Part shown: positions 19,402 to 30,592 of the stretch, one piece after another
Layout: each line of letters opens with the position of its first letter
Position numbering within the stretch: position 1 is the stretch's first letter
Assembly: GCA_051546255.1 (NCBI GenBank)
Contig: CP128817.1
Span: 1,426,001 to 1,490,000, forward strand
Length of the DNA: 64,000 nucleotides
From: Meyerozyma guilliermondii
Lineage: Eukaryota
Reading direction: 5' to 3'
Made by a program: the position numbers and the translations under genes
The notes under the pieces: model-generated
Databases searched by the model: none
What the model was told of the DNA's origin: nothing
What the model saw: the letters and a program-made list of their open reading frames with translations, nothing else

Positions 19402-19589
19402 ACAAAACCTGGAGTTCTAATAGCTTCACTTTTCTGCGCGCGAACTTCAAAATTGACTTGAGAGTACCAACCTTAGCTAAACTCAGAGTGCACGTAACTC
19501 GGTCATCAGCGGTCCCGAGACGTATCTGTTGCATCTTCTGAATTGCTATCTGAGCAGCTAACACACTTATACCTGATAAAAATCCAAAT

Positions 19590-22500
19590 ATGTCCACCGA
19601 AGACCAGCTAAGTGACAATGATATTCCCGACGACCAAGTGATCAATGATATATTTCTGGCTCGTGCCACCAAGCACGCCGAAGATGCTGTGGACTACGAA
19701 GATATAGACGAGCTCGCCGACGATGAAGATCCGTTGGAATCATTTGGAGGCGATCTTGCTCAGCAAGCCGATGCAGAAGAATCGAAGTTTCAAGAGGAAG
19801 CTGACCAAGAGTTTGACGACATGTTTGGCGACGGTGGCGACGAAACACAACACAACGAAGACCTTTTCGCTGACAACAGGGTCAATGATGTAGAGATAGA
19901 TGCGGACATGGGAGATATTTTCCATGACGACGACACTTTGCTTTCTCCAGAAAGCCAGCCTAGCCGCAAACGATCCGGTCCCAAGCTTCTGGAAGCAGAA
20001 CGGGAGCGCAAAAAGCAAAGACTTCGAACTGCCATAGCAAAACTCAAGGAAAACCAGAAAGTTCGCCAACTCAACTACTACTTTCCCGACTTTGATAAAT
20101 CCAAACCATACAATAACCACTTGTTATTCCTTCCCGAGCCTCGATTCTACTCGTACCTCACCCCTCCCTTGGCTACGAAATCATTCGTCAAGCCTCTCAT
20201 TCCCAAGAAATTGACTCTTGAAGTCGAGGAAGATGAAAGCAGGATATTCCGTTCCCGAAGGGCAGCAAAAGCCAACAAGCTGACAGTACGAGGCATCACA
20301 AAGATTACCGACGCCGACATAGAACTAGCCAATAAGGCTGGCTCTGCTGATACCGACGTGGTAACTAAAACCATTCCTTTCTTGGAGATTGACGGTTATA
20401 ATGAAGACAAGTTTCAGTCTTACGACAAGAACTTGATCTTGTCAGCTGCCGATTGGGACGATGAGCAGATTATAAACGGTAAAGAAACCACACAAAAGAC
20501 ACCACAAGAAACGACGCAAGGAACAGCATGGTTCATCTCAAAGTCAAAGGACGAGGATGCTGAGTATCTTGATGATGAGAGAATATTCTCGGGCCAGATT
20601 GCCGATGACGTCGTCAAGCTCGATATGAACGACCCGGGACTTCTCTTTGTTCCTGATAAAACCTCAAAAAGCCAATCGAAAGCTTTGGTCCCACTGGATG
20701 AAAAAAATATCGCATCCAAATTTAACATATCGAACGATAAACTGTATGACATTCTCAAGCAAAATTACAATACCAAGGTTAGAAGTCAGTTGAGTAATCT
20801 TACAATTGAACACTCTGTTCCAGCTTTAAGGCTTCAGTCTCCATATTACAAGGTGAAGTTATCGAAACAGGAGGCTAGGAACTTCCATAGGCCACGCTTT
20901 GACGTTCGGCCAGGAACATTAATATCTTTCTCCAAGTTGAAAGTAAGAAAAAAGAAGAAGGACAAGGGCAAGACAACCCAAGAACTAGTTTCAAAAACGT
21001 CGGACTTGACAAATGCCGACACATCTTCCTTACTTGCCTTGGAGTATTCGGAACAATATCCGCCTATACTATCAAATTTCGGTATGGGTTCAAAGATAAT
21101 CAACTACTACAGAAAGGAAAAAGACGATGATAACGCAAGACCCAAGGCTCCAATTGGAGAAACACACGTTCTAGGTGTGGAAGATAGATCACCCTTTTGG
21201 AACTTTGGCCATGTAGCTCGAGGTGATTTCGTTCCAACATTGTACAACAATATGTTGCGAGCTCCAATTTTCAAGAATGAAATGAAAAATACGGATTTCT
21301 TACTTGTGCGCTCACAGGGAGCAGGCAGTCACCAAAAATATTATTTGAGAGGAATTAATCATATGTTCGCCGTCGGAAACATCTTTCCTGTCATGGAGGT
21401 CCCTGCACCTCATTCGAGGAAGGTCACGAATGCGTCAAAGAACAGGTTACGCATGATTGTGTTCCGCTCTATGAATGCCAATGATGAGTCTCGTATTTCA
21501 GTTAAGGATATTTCCCATCACTTTCCTGATCAGAATGATATGCAAAACAGGCAAAGGTTGAAGGAGTTCATGGAGTACAATAGAACAGGAGAGGATCAAG
21601 GTTTTTGGAAAATAAAAAAGACCGATTCTGTCCCATCAGAGGAAGATATCAGAGCTATGCTCACTCCAGAAGACGTCACTTTATTAGATGCCATGCAGCA
21701 TGGAAACCAAATGCTCGACGACATATTCTACATTTTTGGAGATGAGACCAAGGAGGACAGAAGAGCGAACAAACGAAAGAAGGACGAGGATGAGGAAGAA
21801 GAGGCGGATAAGTCTAAAAAGGATAACAAGGAGAAGGAAATTGAAGACATTGATGAAGAATTAGCTCCATGGAATGCCACGAGAAATTTCTTAATCTCCA
21901 ATCAAACCAAATCGATGCTTCAATTGAACGGCGAAGGAGACCCAACAGGTATAGGTTTGGGATTCTCATTTTTGAGATGTACTCAGAAAAGTGGTTTCAC
22001 TCCTTTATTTGCACCAGTCAAAGAGAATGTTCCCAAAAATAGCACGGCATCTTATCAACAAAAGTTATATGAGGATGAAGTATCTAGAATTTGGTACGCC
22101 CAAAGGCGTTCCTTGACAGTGGATCCCCATCACGGGCAGGGCCTTAGTCCCATTTACCGCGAGTATAAACCAGCTAATCACCAGAAATACGTTAAGAACC
22201 GAGTCTCAAAAGATCGAATGATGAGCAGCCTTGCGGATCCAAAAAGTCCCAAGGTTCTTAAGATTTCAAGACGCTTTAGAGATGAGAACGGTATATTACA
22301 ACGTAAAGAGGAGGTTATCAGTGATCCTCGAATTATCAAGGCATACGTGAAACGAAAGAAGCAAGTTGAAGATGAAATGTTGCGGAATGCCGATGTTGAC
22401 GAAATCATTCCAACTAACGATAAAGAATTGAACAGAATCAGGCGAAAGGCATTGGAGGAGAGATACGCAAGTTTGGAAAAGAAGTCTAAATTGGGCAGAG

Positions 22501-22760
22501 GAAAAAAGTCAAAAGATGCAAATCCACCACCACCTCCTGTCAAGAATCCCTTGCAAAACCAACCTCCAGATGGCTCGCCACCTGTTAGCAGAAAAGGAAT
22601 TGGTAAAGGAAAGAATACGAACAGAAAGTGTGCCACATGTGGAGCTTATGGTCACATTAGTACCAACAAGTCATGCCCATTATACAGCCAGAGATTTGGT
22701 AAAGGTGGCGGAATAGGTACTGCTGCAGATGATATATCAGAGTTTGCACTTTCGCAATAG
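19590..22760 (+). CDS. TAF1: TFIID subunit Taf1
   Basis: H.EDAVDYEDIDELADDE (TAND), FNISND..Y, EHS.PA..LQ, EYSE..P.ILSNFGM, QNRQRLKEF, GEGDPTG.G.GFSF and a C-terminal Zn knuckle CATCG..GH..TNKSCP. Confidence 0.97.
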   Translation: MSTEDQLSDNDIPDDQVINDIFLARATKHAEDAVDYEDIDELADDEDPLESFGGDLAQQADAEESKFQEEADQEFDDMFGDGGDETQHNEDLFADNRVNDVEIDADMGDIFHDDDTLLSPESQPSRKRSGPKLLEAERERKKQRLRTAIAKLKENQKVRQLNYYFPDFDKSKPYNNHLLFLPEPRFYSYLTPPLATKSFVKPLIPKKLTLEVEEDESRIFRSRRAAKANKLTVRGITKITDADIELANKAGSADTDVVTKTIPFLEIDGYNEDKFQSYDKNLILSAADWDDEQIINGKETTQKTPQETTQGTAWFISKSKDEDAEYLDDERIFSGQIADDVVKLDMNDPGLLFVPDKTSKSQSKALVPLDEKNIASKFNISNDKLYDILKQNYNTKVRSQLSNLTIEHSVPALRLQSPYYKVKLSKQEARNFHRPRFDVRPGTLISFSKLKVRKKKKDKGKTTQELVSKTSDLTNADTSSLLALEYSEQYPPILSNFGMGSKIINYYRKEKDDDNARPKAPIGETHVLGVEDRSPFWNFGHVARGDFVPTLYNNMLRAPIFKNEMKNTDFLLVRSQGAGSHQKYYLRGINHMFAVGNIFPVMEVPAPHSRKVTNASKNRLRMIVFRSMNANDESRISVKDISHHFPDQNDMQNRQRLKEFMEYNRTGEDQGFWKIKKTDSVPSEEDIRAMLTPEDVTLLDAMQHGNQMLDDIFYIFGDETKEDRRANKRKKDEDEEEEADKSKKDNKEKEIEDIDEELAPWNATRNFLISNQTKSMLQLNGEGDPTGIGLGFSFLRCTQKSGFTPLFAPVKENVPKNSTASYQQKLYEDEVSRIWYAQRRSLTVDPHHGQGLSPIYREYKPANHQKYVKNRVSKDRMMSSLADPKSPKVLKISRRFRDENGILQRKEEVISDPRIIKAYVKRKKQVEDEMLRNADVDEIIPTNDKELNRIRRKALEERYASLEKKSKLGRGKKSKDANPPPPPVKNPLQNQPPDGSPPVSRKGIGKGKNTNRKCATCGAYGHISTNKSCPLYSQRFGKGGGIGTAADDISEFALSQ

Positions 22761-22858
22761 TGTTTTGCGAGTAGAGGTTTAATTAGTATCACCCACCATG
22801 CATATAAACGAAATACACATATACTCTCAAAAAAGATCAGTCTTTTTACGCCAGTTTA

Positions 22859-25183
22859 TCAGGCATAGTCACTCCAGTCTTTCTTGAAATGTAACCAATC
22901 TGCGCTCCGCACCGGCACGGACGAGGCTCCACCATCCTTCAACAATACCAGATCAAACTTATTCTTGTTGAAAGACCCATGTTCATGAAGTTTGTCCTTG
23001 GAGATTGGCATGGCTGAAGAGTGAGAACCTCTTCTAAATGGAGGGATATACTTACCACTAGAGTTAATCGTAGTATTGACCAAGTCGTCAAGTGGTTGGA
23101 TGTGGGGTACAGGACCCATGGATGATGGTCTAGGATCTCTCGTACCAGACTTTGTGGAACGTCTGTTGCTTCCACGACCGCCTCCAGTTGTGTTTAGGAC
23201 CCTCGAATCATGTTGCATTATCAGACTTGAAAGCGGTGGAATTTTGGGATTTCTTCGAGGAAAATCGCCGTTAAATGCCGGCCCCAACAACTTGCTGCCT
23301 GAAGTACTACCTTCCGAGCCACCAACGTCGAAGTCACCTTCTAGGTGAAACATTTCGTCATCCAATGAAAGGTTATCCATTTTCTCCATTAGCGGTTCAG
23401 CTGAAGGAGAGGCTACGTGTTGTGGAGAACGCAAAAATGGAGGAACGTATTTCCCAGCAGAATTCATGGCGCCAACACCGTGCATCAGTGTTGGAGTTGA
23501 GTCTGGAAAGATCTTTTTAGGTCTCGAACCTGAAAACAGATGCTGCTTGACTCTTCCTGAAGCTGCTTTTCCCAACAATTCTCTATGATTAGAAGTTTCT
23601 TGGGACTTGTAAGTAGGTTTGTTCTTCTTGGGGGCTCTGCTCTTTTTCCAAGAGCGTTTACGTCTTCCGTTTGTATTCCAGTCACCACCTCTTGAGTTCA
23701 GTTTCCAATCGTCACTTTGCGTGTGACTATGACGCGAATAACGCCGGTTCTTCCCTCCTTGGTTATCACCATATTTATCCATGTAGTGGCTTAGGACGGA
23801 TTTGGGAGTATAGAAGTCTTCCCTATTGAAGTTTTTTCCAGTATTGGATCTCATATTAGTGTGGACCCCGGACTGATTATAAGACGCAACATTGAACGGT
23901 TTACGAGTATTCCGATGGAACTTGCCGTTAATCCCCGAAGAGATTGGAATTGGGTGCAAATCTGTGTTGGCAGACAACAAGGCGTCTGCTCGCCGATTAT
24001 GAGGAATATCATCAATCGTGTCGAATTTAATGCTTTTTTGGGGTACATCACTGGCACTGGCTCCACCATTCTTTTCTGGCAGTTCCTTTAAAATACCTGT
24101 GTGCACTGGTTCTTCTTCTGCAACAGCAGGCAGCTCAATTATCTTGGGAATTTCATCCTTCTTCTTGAATATTTCCTCCTCATCATCGGAGAAATCGGTA
24201 TACTCAGCATCTGCTTCGTCATTGTCAGCTTCTGCATAATCGTAGTATTCCTCGTCCACCGTGAAATAAGTCAACGAATCTACCTCGCTTCGAAGGCTAA
24301 AAAGATCACGATTGGCAGGGTCAATGTTGAGACAATAACGCAAAACCGAAAACATCTCACCGCTCATTGTTGAGAAGATATCGAATAAAACCTCACGGTT
24401 TGACGCAAACTGAAGAAATCTCTTGTCTGAGTAATTTGCAATTTGAAATGGGTTTTTATGAAACACTAGAGTCAACAATATGATACCCACGGACCAGAGG
24501 TCCACTTTGGACGCATCATAATATTCAACGCCAGCATCGAAGAGCTCAGGTGCCATATAACGTTCAGAACCAATATCAAATTCCACTCTATCTGTGATAG
24601 TTCTCTTGGTGGTTGCAAGCCCCCAGTCGCAGATTTTGATCGACCAATCTTCAGCGATCAAAATGTTTTCTGGTTTGAGATCTCTATGGTAGACATTGTG
24701 TGAGTGACAAAACTCCAATGCATTGAGAATTTGCTGGAAAACGTCCTTGATATCTTGCGAGGTCGATGGACCCGAACCAGCCTGAATGGCATCGTACAAA
24801 TCACCACGAGAACAATATTCAAGGATCAAGTATGAGTCGAAGCTATCTACCAAAGTAGATATGTTAGGGTGCGGGCCCAAAATCTTGTGAATGCCAATTT
24901 CTTTCTCTGCCTCTTGTCGAAGAGCCTTATAAACTGAGGACTTCGTTGCACCCTGACCAGAGGGGGTACGAAGTTTAGCCGGAGAAGAAGATGCCCGAGA
25001 GGTCTTCTTCAGTTTCGGCTTGTATTCAAGGGGATACAAATACTTGACAGCAACAAGCTTGTCGCCATTTTTTGTGTCAGTGGCCACAGATACAAGACCA
25101 TAGGAGCCTTCACTGATATCTGCCACCTTGAGGTATCGATTTCTAAGGAGAGCACCCTCATTATATTTGTTGTATTCCTCCAT
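22859..25183 (-). CDS. KSP1: Ser/Thr protein kinase Ksp1
   Basis: ISEGSYG.V, VAVK, HRDLKPEN, ICDWGLAT, GSERYMAPE; GKY(V/I)PPF repeats; near STE12 as in S. cerevisiae. Confidence 0.9.
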   Translation of the reverse strand: MEEYNKYNEGALLRNRYLKVADISEGSYGLVSVATDTKNGDKLVAVKYLYPLEYKPKLKKTSRASSSPAKLRTPSGQGATKSSVYKALRQEAEKEIGIHKILGPHPNISTLVDSFDSYLILEYCSRGDLYDAIQAGSGPSTSQDIKDVFQQILNALEFCHSHNVYHRDLKPENILIAEDWSIKICDWGLATTKRTITDRVEFDIGSERYMAPELFDAGVEYYDASKVDLWSVGIILLTLVFHKNPFQIANYSDKRFLQFASNREVLFDIFSTMSGEMFSVLRYCLNIDPANRDLFSLRSEVDSLTYFTVDEEYYDYAEADNDEADAEYTDFSDDEEEIFKKKDEIPKIIELPAVAEEEPVHTGILKELPEKNGGASASDVPQKSIKFDTIDDIPHNRRADALLSANTDLHPIPISSGINGKFHRNTRKPFNVASYNQSGVHTNMRSNTGKNFNREDFYTPKSVLSHYMDKYGDNQGGKNRRYSRHSHTQSDDWKLNSRGGDWNTNGRRKRSWKKSRAPKKNKPTYKSQETSNHRELLGKAASGRVKQHLFSGSRPKKIFPDSTPTLMHGVGAMNSAGKYVPPFLRSPQHVASPSAEPLMEKMDNLSLDDEMFHLEGDFDVGGSEGSTSGSKLLGPAFNGDFPRRNPKIPPLSSLIMQHDSRVLNTTGGGRGSNRRSTKSGTRDPRPSSMGPVPHIQPLDDLVNTTINSSGKYIPPFRRGSHSSAMPISKDKLHEHGSFNKNKFDLVLLKDGGASSVPVRSADWLHFKKDWSDYA

Positions 25184-25603
25184 GATATGTGTTTTCCAAT
25201 GAGAAAACTATGCTTGTGATGCGATGAATTTCGTTATATCATTAACAATGCAAGAAAAAATGCAGAAGGTTCAGGACCAAGAGAGTCGGTGAGTGAACAA
25301 TGTAAGTTGTTGCAAAGAGACCACAGTCAAATGAGATCACCAGCAGAACGAAACGTTTGAAGTTGTGGTCGAAATAAGTATTAAAGTTCAACAGTGATGC
25401 CAGCACACAGTACCACGCTCAAGTAACAATGCAGCGGGATGCAATTCTGCAAAATGTTGACCGGGTGGTAATACTAATTTAACAACAAACGATGGGTGTT
25501 AACAATGGTTGTCGGCCCCGCGGCCACCTCACACTGGGTGTTGTGGCGCGAGATCCATCGGCCTGCGTTTGTGGGTGCGAATGGCAACCTCTTTCCATTG
25601 ACC

Positions 25604-27040
25604 ATGAGTGACGATTTGGTATCTACATTTCTCGCTGTGGCCGGAACAGATGACGCTGCTGTAGCCAAGCAGTACTTGGACCTTACAAATAACGATTTGG
25701 AGTATGCCGTGACTTTATATATGGAATCACATCCTCCCAGCATCGCCAATGCCACTAGTAATCAAGAATCTGATGAAAAAATTGCCCAAAGACTTCAGCA
25801 GGAGGCGTATGGAACGAATGGAGACGAAGTTAGAGAGGCAGATGCCAATGTACATCGCCACGAGACTTTGGTGGACTCTTTTGACGGATTCATGCCACCA
25901 CCAATGAGCCGTCCAACAGATATATTTGGCTCAGGACGCATTGGAGTGTTTAATCAGCGCTTCGAAGACGAAGCCGACGAGTACCTTGATAGATGCGATG
26001 CCATGAGCGAAGATGAGGATTGGGAGGACGACGACGATAACGAAATAATCGTGGTGGATAGCGACGACGATGATGATGAACAAAATACTAGACCCGTATC
26101 CAGGCGCCGCAGAAGACGCAGCGACCGCCTTACTGAACTTACGTCGACCCAGAGACGTCTTGCGACCCTTTTTCGTCCACCGTTTGATCTCATGTCACGA
26201 GTTGATTTAGACTCGGCTAAGAAACAAGGCCGTACGGAAAAGAAATGGATTCTTATTAACATTCAGGACCCCGCCGAGTTCACCTGCCAGGTGCTCAATC
26301 GTGATTTCTGGTCTAATCTGCGTATCAAGACTGTCGTGAAGGAACACTTCATCTTCCTACAGTACCAGAAAGACTCACCAAATGGGCAAAATTTCCAGAG
26401 TTTCTACACCGTAAGTGAACTCCCTCATATCTCCATCCTTGACCCACTCACTGGTGAGAGGGTTCGCACATGGCCTGACGGCCAGGTCCCAAAGGTCGAC
26501 GATTGGATCGACGAAGTGGACGACTTCCTAGCAAAGTTTTCTCTCGACCAAAACTCCAAGAACCCCACTGTCCAGCATGAGGTCAAATTCGACCCTGATG
26601 CCTTATCAGAAGAGCAGCAGATTGAATTTGCCTTGAAACAGTCAATGCAGGAGAACCAAGGTAGCTCCAAAGACAATGCAATAGATCTAGATGAACTGGA
26701 GCAGATAGAATTCGCGCAAGATTCAGTTCAAGATCCCTTCTTTCAAATCCAACCACAAGACCACGAAGAACCTCTGGAGAATTTCACACGCATACAAATT
26801 CGTTTTCCCAATGGAAAACGTTTAGTTCACAAATTTGGAAAGGAAGAGCTGGTATCCACCATTTACCTGTACCTCAAACACATACTCCAATCAGAGGGTG
26901 AAGTCTACGGCTTGGCGCCAGGCGAAACATTCAGATTGTCAAACTTGTCCAATAGATCAAAGTCATTAATAGATTACGCAGACGATACCGTCGTGGGTGC
27001 TGGCTTGCTGAACGCAAGTATCTTGTTGGAAAAGGACTAG
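25604..27040 (+). CDS. UBX5: UBX domain protein Ubx5 (UBA-UAS-UIM-UBX)
   Basis: RLA.LFRPPF, CQVLNRDFW, ILDP.TGER, UIM LSEEQQIEFALKQS and UBX TRIQIRFPNGKR. First good ATG is 25604. Confidence 0.92.
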   Translation: MSDDLVSTFLAVAGTDDAAVAKQYLDLTNNDLEYAVTLYMESHPPSIANATSNQESDEKIAQRLQQEAYGTNGDEVREADANVHRHETLVDSFDGFMPPPMSRPTDIFGSGRIGVFNQRFEDEADEYLDRCDAMSEDEDWEDDDDNEIIVVDSDDDDDEQNTRPVSRRRRRRSDRLTELTSTQRRLATLFRPPFDLMSRVDLDSAKKQGRTEKKWILINIQDPAEFTCQVLNRDFWSNLRIKTVVKEHFIFLQYQKDSPNGQNFQSFYTVSELPHISILDPLTGERVRTWPDGQVPKVDDWIDEVDDFLAKFSLDQNSKNPTVQHEVKFDPDALSEEQQIEFALKQSMQENQGSSKDNAIDLDELEQIEFAQDSVQDPFFQIQPQDHEEPLENFTRIQIRFPNGKRLVHKFGKEELVSTIYLYLKHILQSEGEVYGLAPGETFRLSNLSNRSKSLIDYADDTVVGAGLLNASILLEKD

Positions 27041-27089
27041 AATAAGCCCGATATTAAAGAGGCTAAATAGAATACATAAAGATAATAGG

Positions 27090-28403
27090 TCAATTAGCCG
27101 GTCCATTCAAAGTTACCGGTGGACGAAACCGGTACTCTGGGACACCTCTAGACTGAAACCAATCTAAAGGAGGGATTCTAGGCATAACAAACTTTCCCGA
27201 AGAAGTGTCAGAAAACTGTGACGAGGGTGGAGATGTCTGGAATCCTGAACGAGTCGAGTCGAATATTTGTGAAGGTCCTTGCGAAAAGGTGGAGTATTGT
27301 GATTTAACTTCCATGGTCAACAACTGCTTATATTTCTCTTCAAGTGATTCTTCTGGGATGGGTGTATCTTCGATGGCTGCCAGTGCTTCTTCAATTTGCT
27401 CTTCTAATGGCATTTCGTCAGATATCTCCATCTTTTTTCTGATGCTTAATATATCGTCCTCAACTTCAGACGCACTCAATGTAAAATCCAGATGACAGAG
27501 AGAAGTCTCAAATGACATTTGCGACAAATGCACGCTCCTGAGAGCTTCCTTTCTAGCATTGGTAATTTCAATTCGGTTATTTCGAACAAACCGACTTTTC
27601 ACTGAATAGTGTGAGTCCTGATTATACGGTGAGACAGCTTCTTGTCGAAACTTTGAATTGGACAAATCTTCCTTCGAGACCAATTCGTCATGATGTCGTT
27701 TAATACTTGTGACCGGCACAACCGACTTATGATATTGATCCAATTGTTCGTTTTTGATTTTGTTGGGCACGAGGTCGTGATACTCACGTTCGAGATTGAA
27801 TAATTGCTCGTACGTTTCGTCGATCATCCTGTTCTTGTTATCTAAAAGACCTTGTCTGTATTGTTGCCAGAGTATCTCCACACTTTTCTTTGTAATTGAG
27901 CGAATTAACTGTTCTTGATAGGTATTGTCATGGTCGATTGCAGCTAATTCTGCCCTGATAGGTGTAATTATTTTGCGAATGTCATCGGCGAATGGAACTT
28001 CCAGCACCATATTGCCCCCTAGAATCGTATCGTACTGTGCTGGCGACGCAAGGTTATCTATAAGCTGTTGTAATTCAACGTCGGGATCCTCACGACCTCT
28101 AAGGCGGGCATAATAATTTGTTCCATCTTCACGCAAACAGCTGTTTTCTACTTCAGACTTCAAAGCCTGAACCCTTGATATTTCATCTCTTTGCTTACGA
28201 ATCCACTGTGTTTCCTGCTTGGTTATATATCCGATTATATTACGAAGCAGTTCGAGGTTCTGGGAAATTCTGTTTAATCGTGCTTTCAAATACGCTTTGG
28301 ATGTGTCTTTGAACTCAGCTGCAAGCTGGGCTTCAAGCTTTGCTACCATATCCGGAGAAAGATTGGCAATATCACGGAGACTAATACCAGAAAAACTGTC
28401 CAT
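27090..28403 (-). CDS. Uncharacterised coiled-coil protein, possibly Sds3/Dep1-like (Rpd3L subunit family)
   Basis: 437-aa ATG ORF. Weak Sds3-family patterns: F......YL.ARL..I...LELL near the N-terminus and LSASEVEDDILSI later. Confidence 0.4.
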   Translation of the reverse strand: MDSFSGISLRDIANLSPDMVAKLEAQLAAEFKDTSKAYLKARLNRISQNLELLRNIIGYITKQETQWIRKQRDEISRVQALKSEVENSCLREDGTNYYARLRGREDPDVELQQLIDNLASPAQYDTILGGNMVLEVPFADDIRKIITPIRAELAAIDHDNTYQEQLIRSITKKSVEILWQQYRQGLLDNKNRMIDETYEQLFNLEREYHDLVPNKIKNEQLDQYHKSVVPVTSIKRHHDELVSKEDLSNSKFRQEAVSPYNQDSHYSVKSRFVRNNRIEITNARKEALRSVHLSQMSFETSLCHLDFTLSASEVEDDILSIRKKMEISDEMPLEEQIEEALAAIEDTPIPEESLEEKYKQLLTMEVKSQYSTFSQGPSQIFDSTRSGFQTSPPSSQFSDTSSGKFVMPRIPPLDWFQSRGVPEYRFRPPVTLNGPAN

Positions 28404-28465
28404 TATTTTGCAATCTGCTGCAGCCAGCGAGAATATTTAGCTGCGAAACTTTTAGCATCTGCCGG

Positions 28466-28477
28466 GGTGTACGGATG
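28466..28477 (+). promoter_or_regulatory. Rap1-type site identical to the Candida telomeric core GGTGTACGGATG
   Basis: Exact 12-mer ~63 bp upstream of the 27090-28403 gene; TTAGGG (Tbf1-like) at ~28515. Confidence 0.55.
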
Positions 28478-28733
28478 GGACCATTCAGGGGAACCACAGA
28501 AGAGGGTCCAAGAATTAGGGCAGTAGAGCAATTGATAAACGGAAAATAAACCCACCAAACAAAAATCAGGCAAGACCCAGAACCACTACAATGAATTTCT
28601 ATTTTCGTCTTTTGCTCAAACTTCTGTTTCTACGTTGCATTAGCTGTAATTATTATACTGCTTCTACTCATTTGCATCACCACCGAAGCCGAATCCTTTT
28701 CCTTTGTTCCCCGACTAGGAACTTCTTGCCTCT

Positions 28734-29228
28734 CTAGCGGTCTTCAGCCCACTCATTCTCTCTTCTAATAGCAGCTTCTTCCTCAGGACTGAAATCATTA
28801 ACAATGTTGAAAGTCCGACGCAACTCTTCTGGTGACTTGTTCTTGATCATTTCTGCCACTGTTTTACAGCCTGAGTCCAATAATTGCCGGATATTCAAAT
28901 AATTGGCCGCTTGCATGATTTCGTACAACATTTCTTGATCCACCTTCAAGAAATTTTTGTCCCATTCGTCAATCGGAGCGGTCTTCTTGGCATCGTCGTC
29001 ATCATCATCAGGAAACTCAGAGTTTCTGTGGTGCTCACACCACTCGAGTACTTTTGCCAAAACAGTAGAACGCAACATGGGGATTGGAATTTCAAAATCT
29101 TCCTGAAGTCCATCAGGATTCAAATCATTGATCATATTCTTGATCAAAACACTCTTCTCGGCCACCTGGACGTCCACAGGGAATTTTTCATCGTCAAAGG
29201 ATACCAATATAACTTTAGGTTCCGACAT
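28734..29228 (-). CDS. SKP1: Skp1 (SCF/CBF3 subunit)
   Basis: [31 protein letters not shown] and [20 protein letters not shown]. Second ATG (MSEPKV) is preferred. Confidence 0.98.
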   Translation of the reverse strand: MSEPKVILVSFDDEKFPVDVQVAEKSVLIKNMINDLNPDGLQEDFEIPIPMLRSTVLAKVLEWCEHHRNSEFPDDDDDDAKKTAPIDEWDKNFLKVDQEMLYEIMQAANYLNIRQLLDSGCKTVAEMIKNKSPEELRRTFNIVNDFSPEEEAAIRRENEWAEDR

Positions 29229-29320
29229 GACCAGTATACAATTAGTGGCCACAACTCGCACTGTAGAATTAATCATAGATTCATCAATTACATAAGCGCG
29301 AAGCTTAAGGTGTGGAGCGT

Positions 29321-30592
29321 CTATTCAAAGTTGGAGTATATACCGGCGGAGAACTCGTCTAACTCTTCGAGTTCGTTCAAGCTGTTGATGTAGATGTTTC
29401 CTGACAACTCTTCATTATACTCCTCATGTAAGTTATTATTATCGCAAATGATTCCGCTTTGAACACTGACCTGAGCTAAGAAGCTGGCGAGCTTGAATTT
29501 CTTGCTAGGAAGGTCACCAATTTCTGCAACTTTTGCATGTTGTTCCATTGTAAGCAAGAAATCTGGGTCGAGGGCGACCCACAAGTTGTTTGCCAACGTA
29601 GATCGGCTATGGTTGACCATTCTGTAGAATATTTGCAGGAACATGCCGTCGTCAACGAAGAAGTTTGTCTCATTAACGAGCTTAAGAAACACCGATTCTG
29701 GCTGGTCAAGTTCACGGATAAGGTCGGGATTTGTGTTTATAAGCGTCTCGACCAAGCTGTCGTACGACGTGGGGAAAATCGACTCGATAATCAGGCGCTG
29801 ATGGTTGAAGTTGACATCCTTGATCACCAGCGCAATCAACTCATCAAACTGATCAATGGTCAATTCGGTTCTGGCGTTGACCACATCGAAATGCTTTATT
29901 ACCGCTGCTTCCAACACATCGGCCATGGTACGCCAGCCTTTGTTAAGGAGCCACCAAGATAATGACAAGTACGATTGTTCCATGTAATAGTCCAGCGACA
30001 TGTCTTCATCAACGGTTCCACCCGCCATGGCTATGGCTGACTCCAAGTACGATCTACGTGCAAGGATATTGAGCTGAAGCCTGGTGATCAACATCAAACC
30101 TGAGAGCGAGTAGATGAGGGTCAACCACCGAGCAATTGTCTTGATTTTGAGAAGTTTCCAGAGGTCGGTTTTGGACATGTTGACGTAGGTAGAAAGGTCC
30201 AGCGACTCGTTGGCGCTCTGGTGCAAGCTGAGGTTATCGGTGGTGAGAAGGGAGTCGGAGACAAGCTCCAGTTGTGCGTTTGCCAGGGGTGCTTTCTTCA
30301 ATTTCAACGCCTGGGTGATGGTTTCCGAAGGAAGATGAGCCACAATCGGCTGGCTCAATACCGGCAATAATGCTAAGAGAGTCAAGTAGCAGTCATTCTG
30401 GGTCTGGATGAACCGCCGACGGATCTGTTCCTTGACGAAAAGCTCCTGTTTGAGCGATTTTTGAAAATCTCTAAATTTTTTGATCACAAACTGATGAACA
30501 AGATAGTAGGCAGTCAAGGAAAGACCGGTTGCAATAAGCAATTTCCTTCTATTACGTTTGAAGAACGTACTGAGCGACGAAAACACCGCCAT
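29321..30592 (-). CDS. PEX3: Peroxin Pex3
   Basis: Basic N-terminus plus TM ([11 protein letters not shown]), [50 protein letters not shown]. Confidence 0.95.
   Translation of the reverse strand: MAVFSSLSTFFKRNRRKLLIATGLSLTAYYLVHQFVIKKFRDFQKSLKQELFVKEQIRRRFIQTQNDCYLTLLALLPVLSQPIVAHLPSETITQALKLKKAPLANAQLELVSDSLLTTDNLSLHQSANESLDLSTYVNMSKTDLWKLLKIKTIARWLTLIYSLSGLMLITRLQLNILARRSYLESAIAMAGGTVDEDMSLDYYMEQSYLSLSWWLLNKGWRTMADVLEAAVIKHFDVVNARTELTIDQFDELIALVIKDVNFNHQRLIIESIFPTSYDSLVETLINTNPDLIRELDQPESVFLKLVNETNFFVDDGMFLQIFYRMVNHSRSTLANNLWVALDPDFLLTMEQHAKVAEIGDLPSKKFKLASFLAQVSVQSGIICDNNNLHEEYNEELSGNIYINSLNELEELDEFSAGIYSNFE

Noticed and set aside
28591..28737. 48-codon ORF or possible snoRNA downstream of SKP1
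   Set aside because: No convincing C/D or H/ACA boxes or rRNA guide; best explained as the SKP1 3'UTR.
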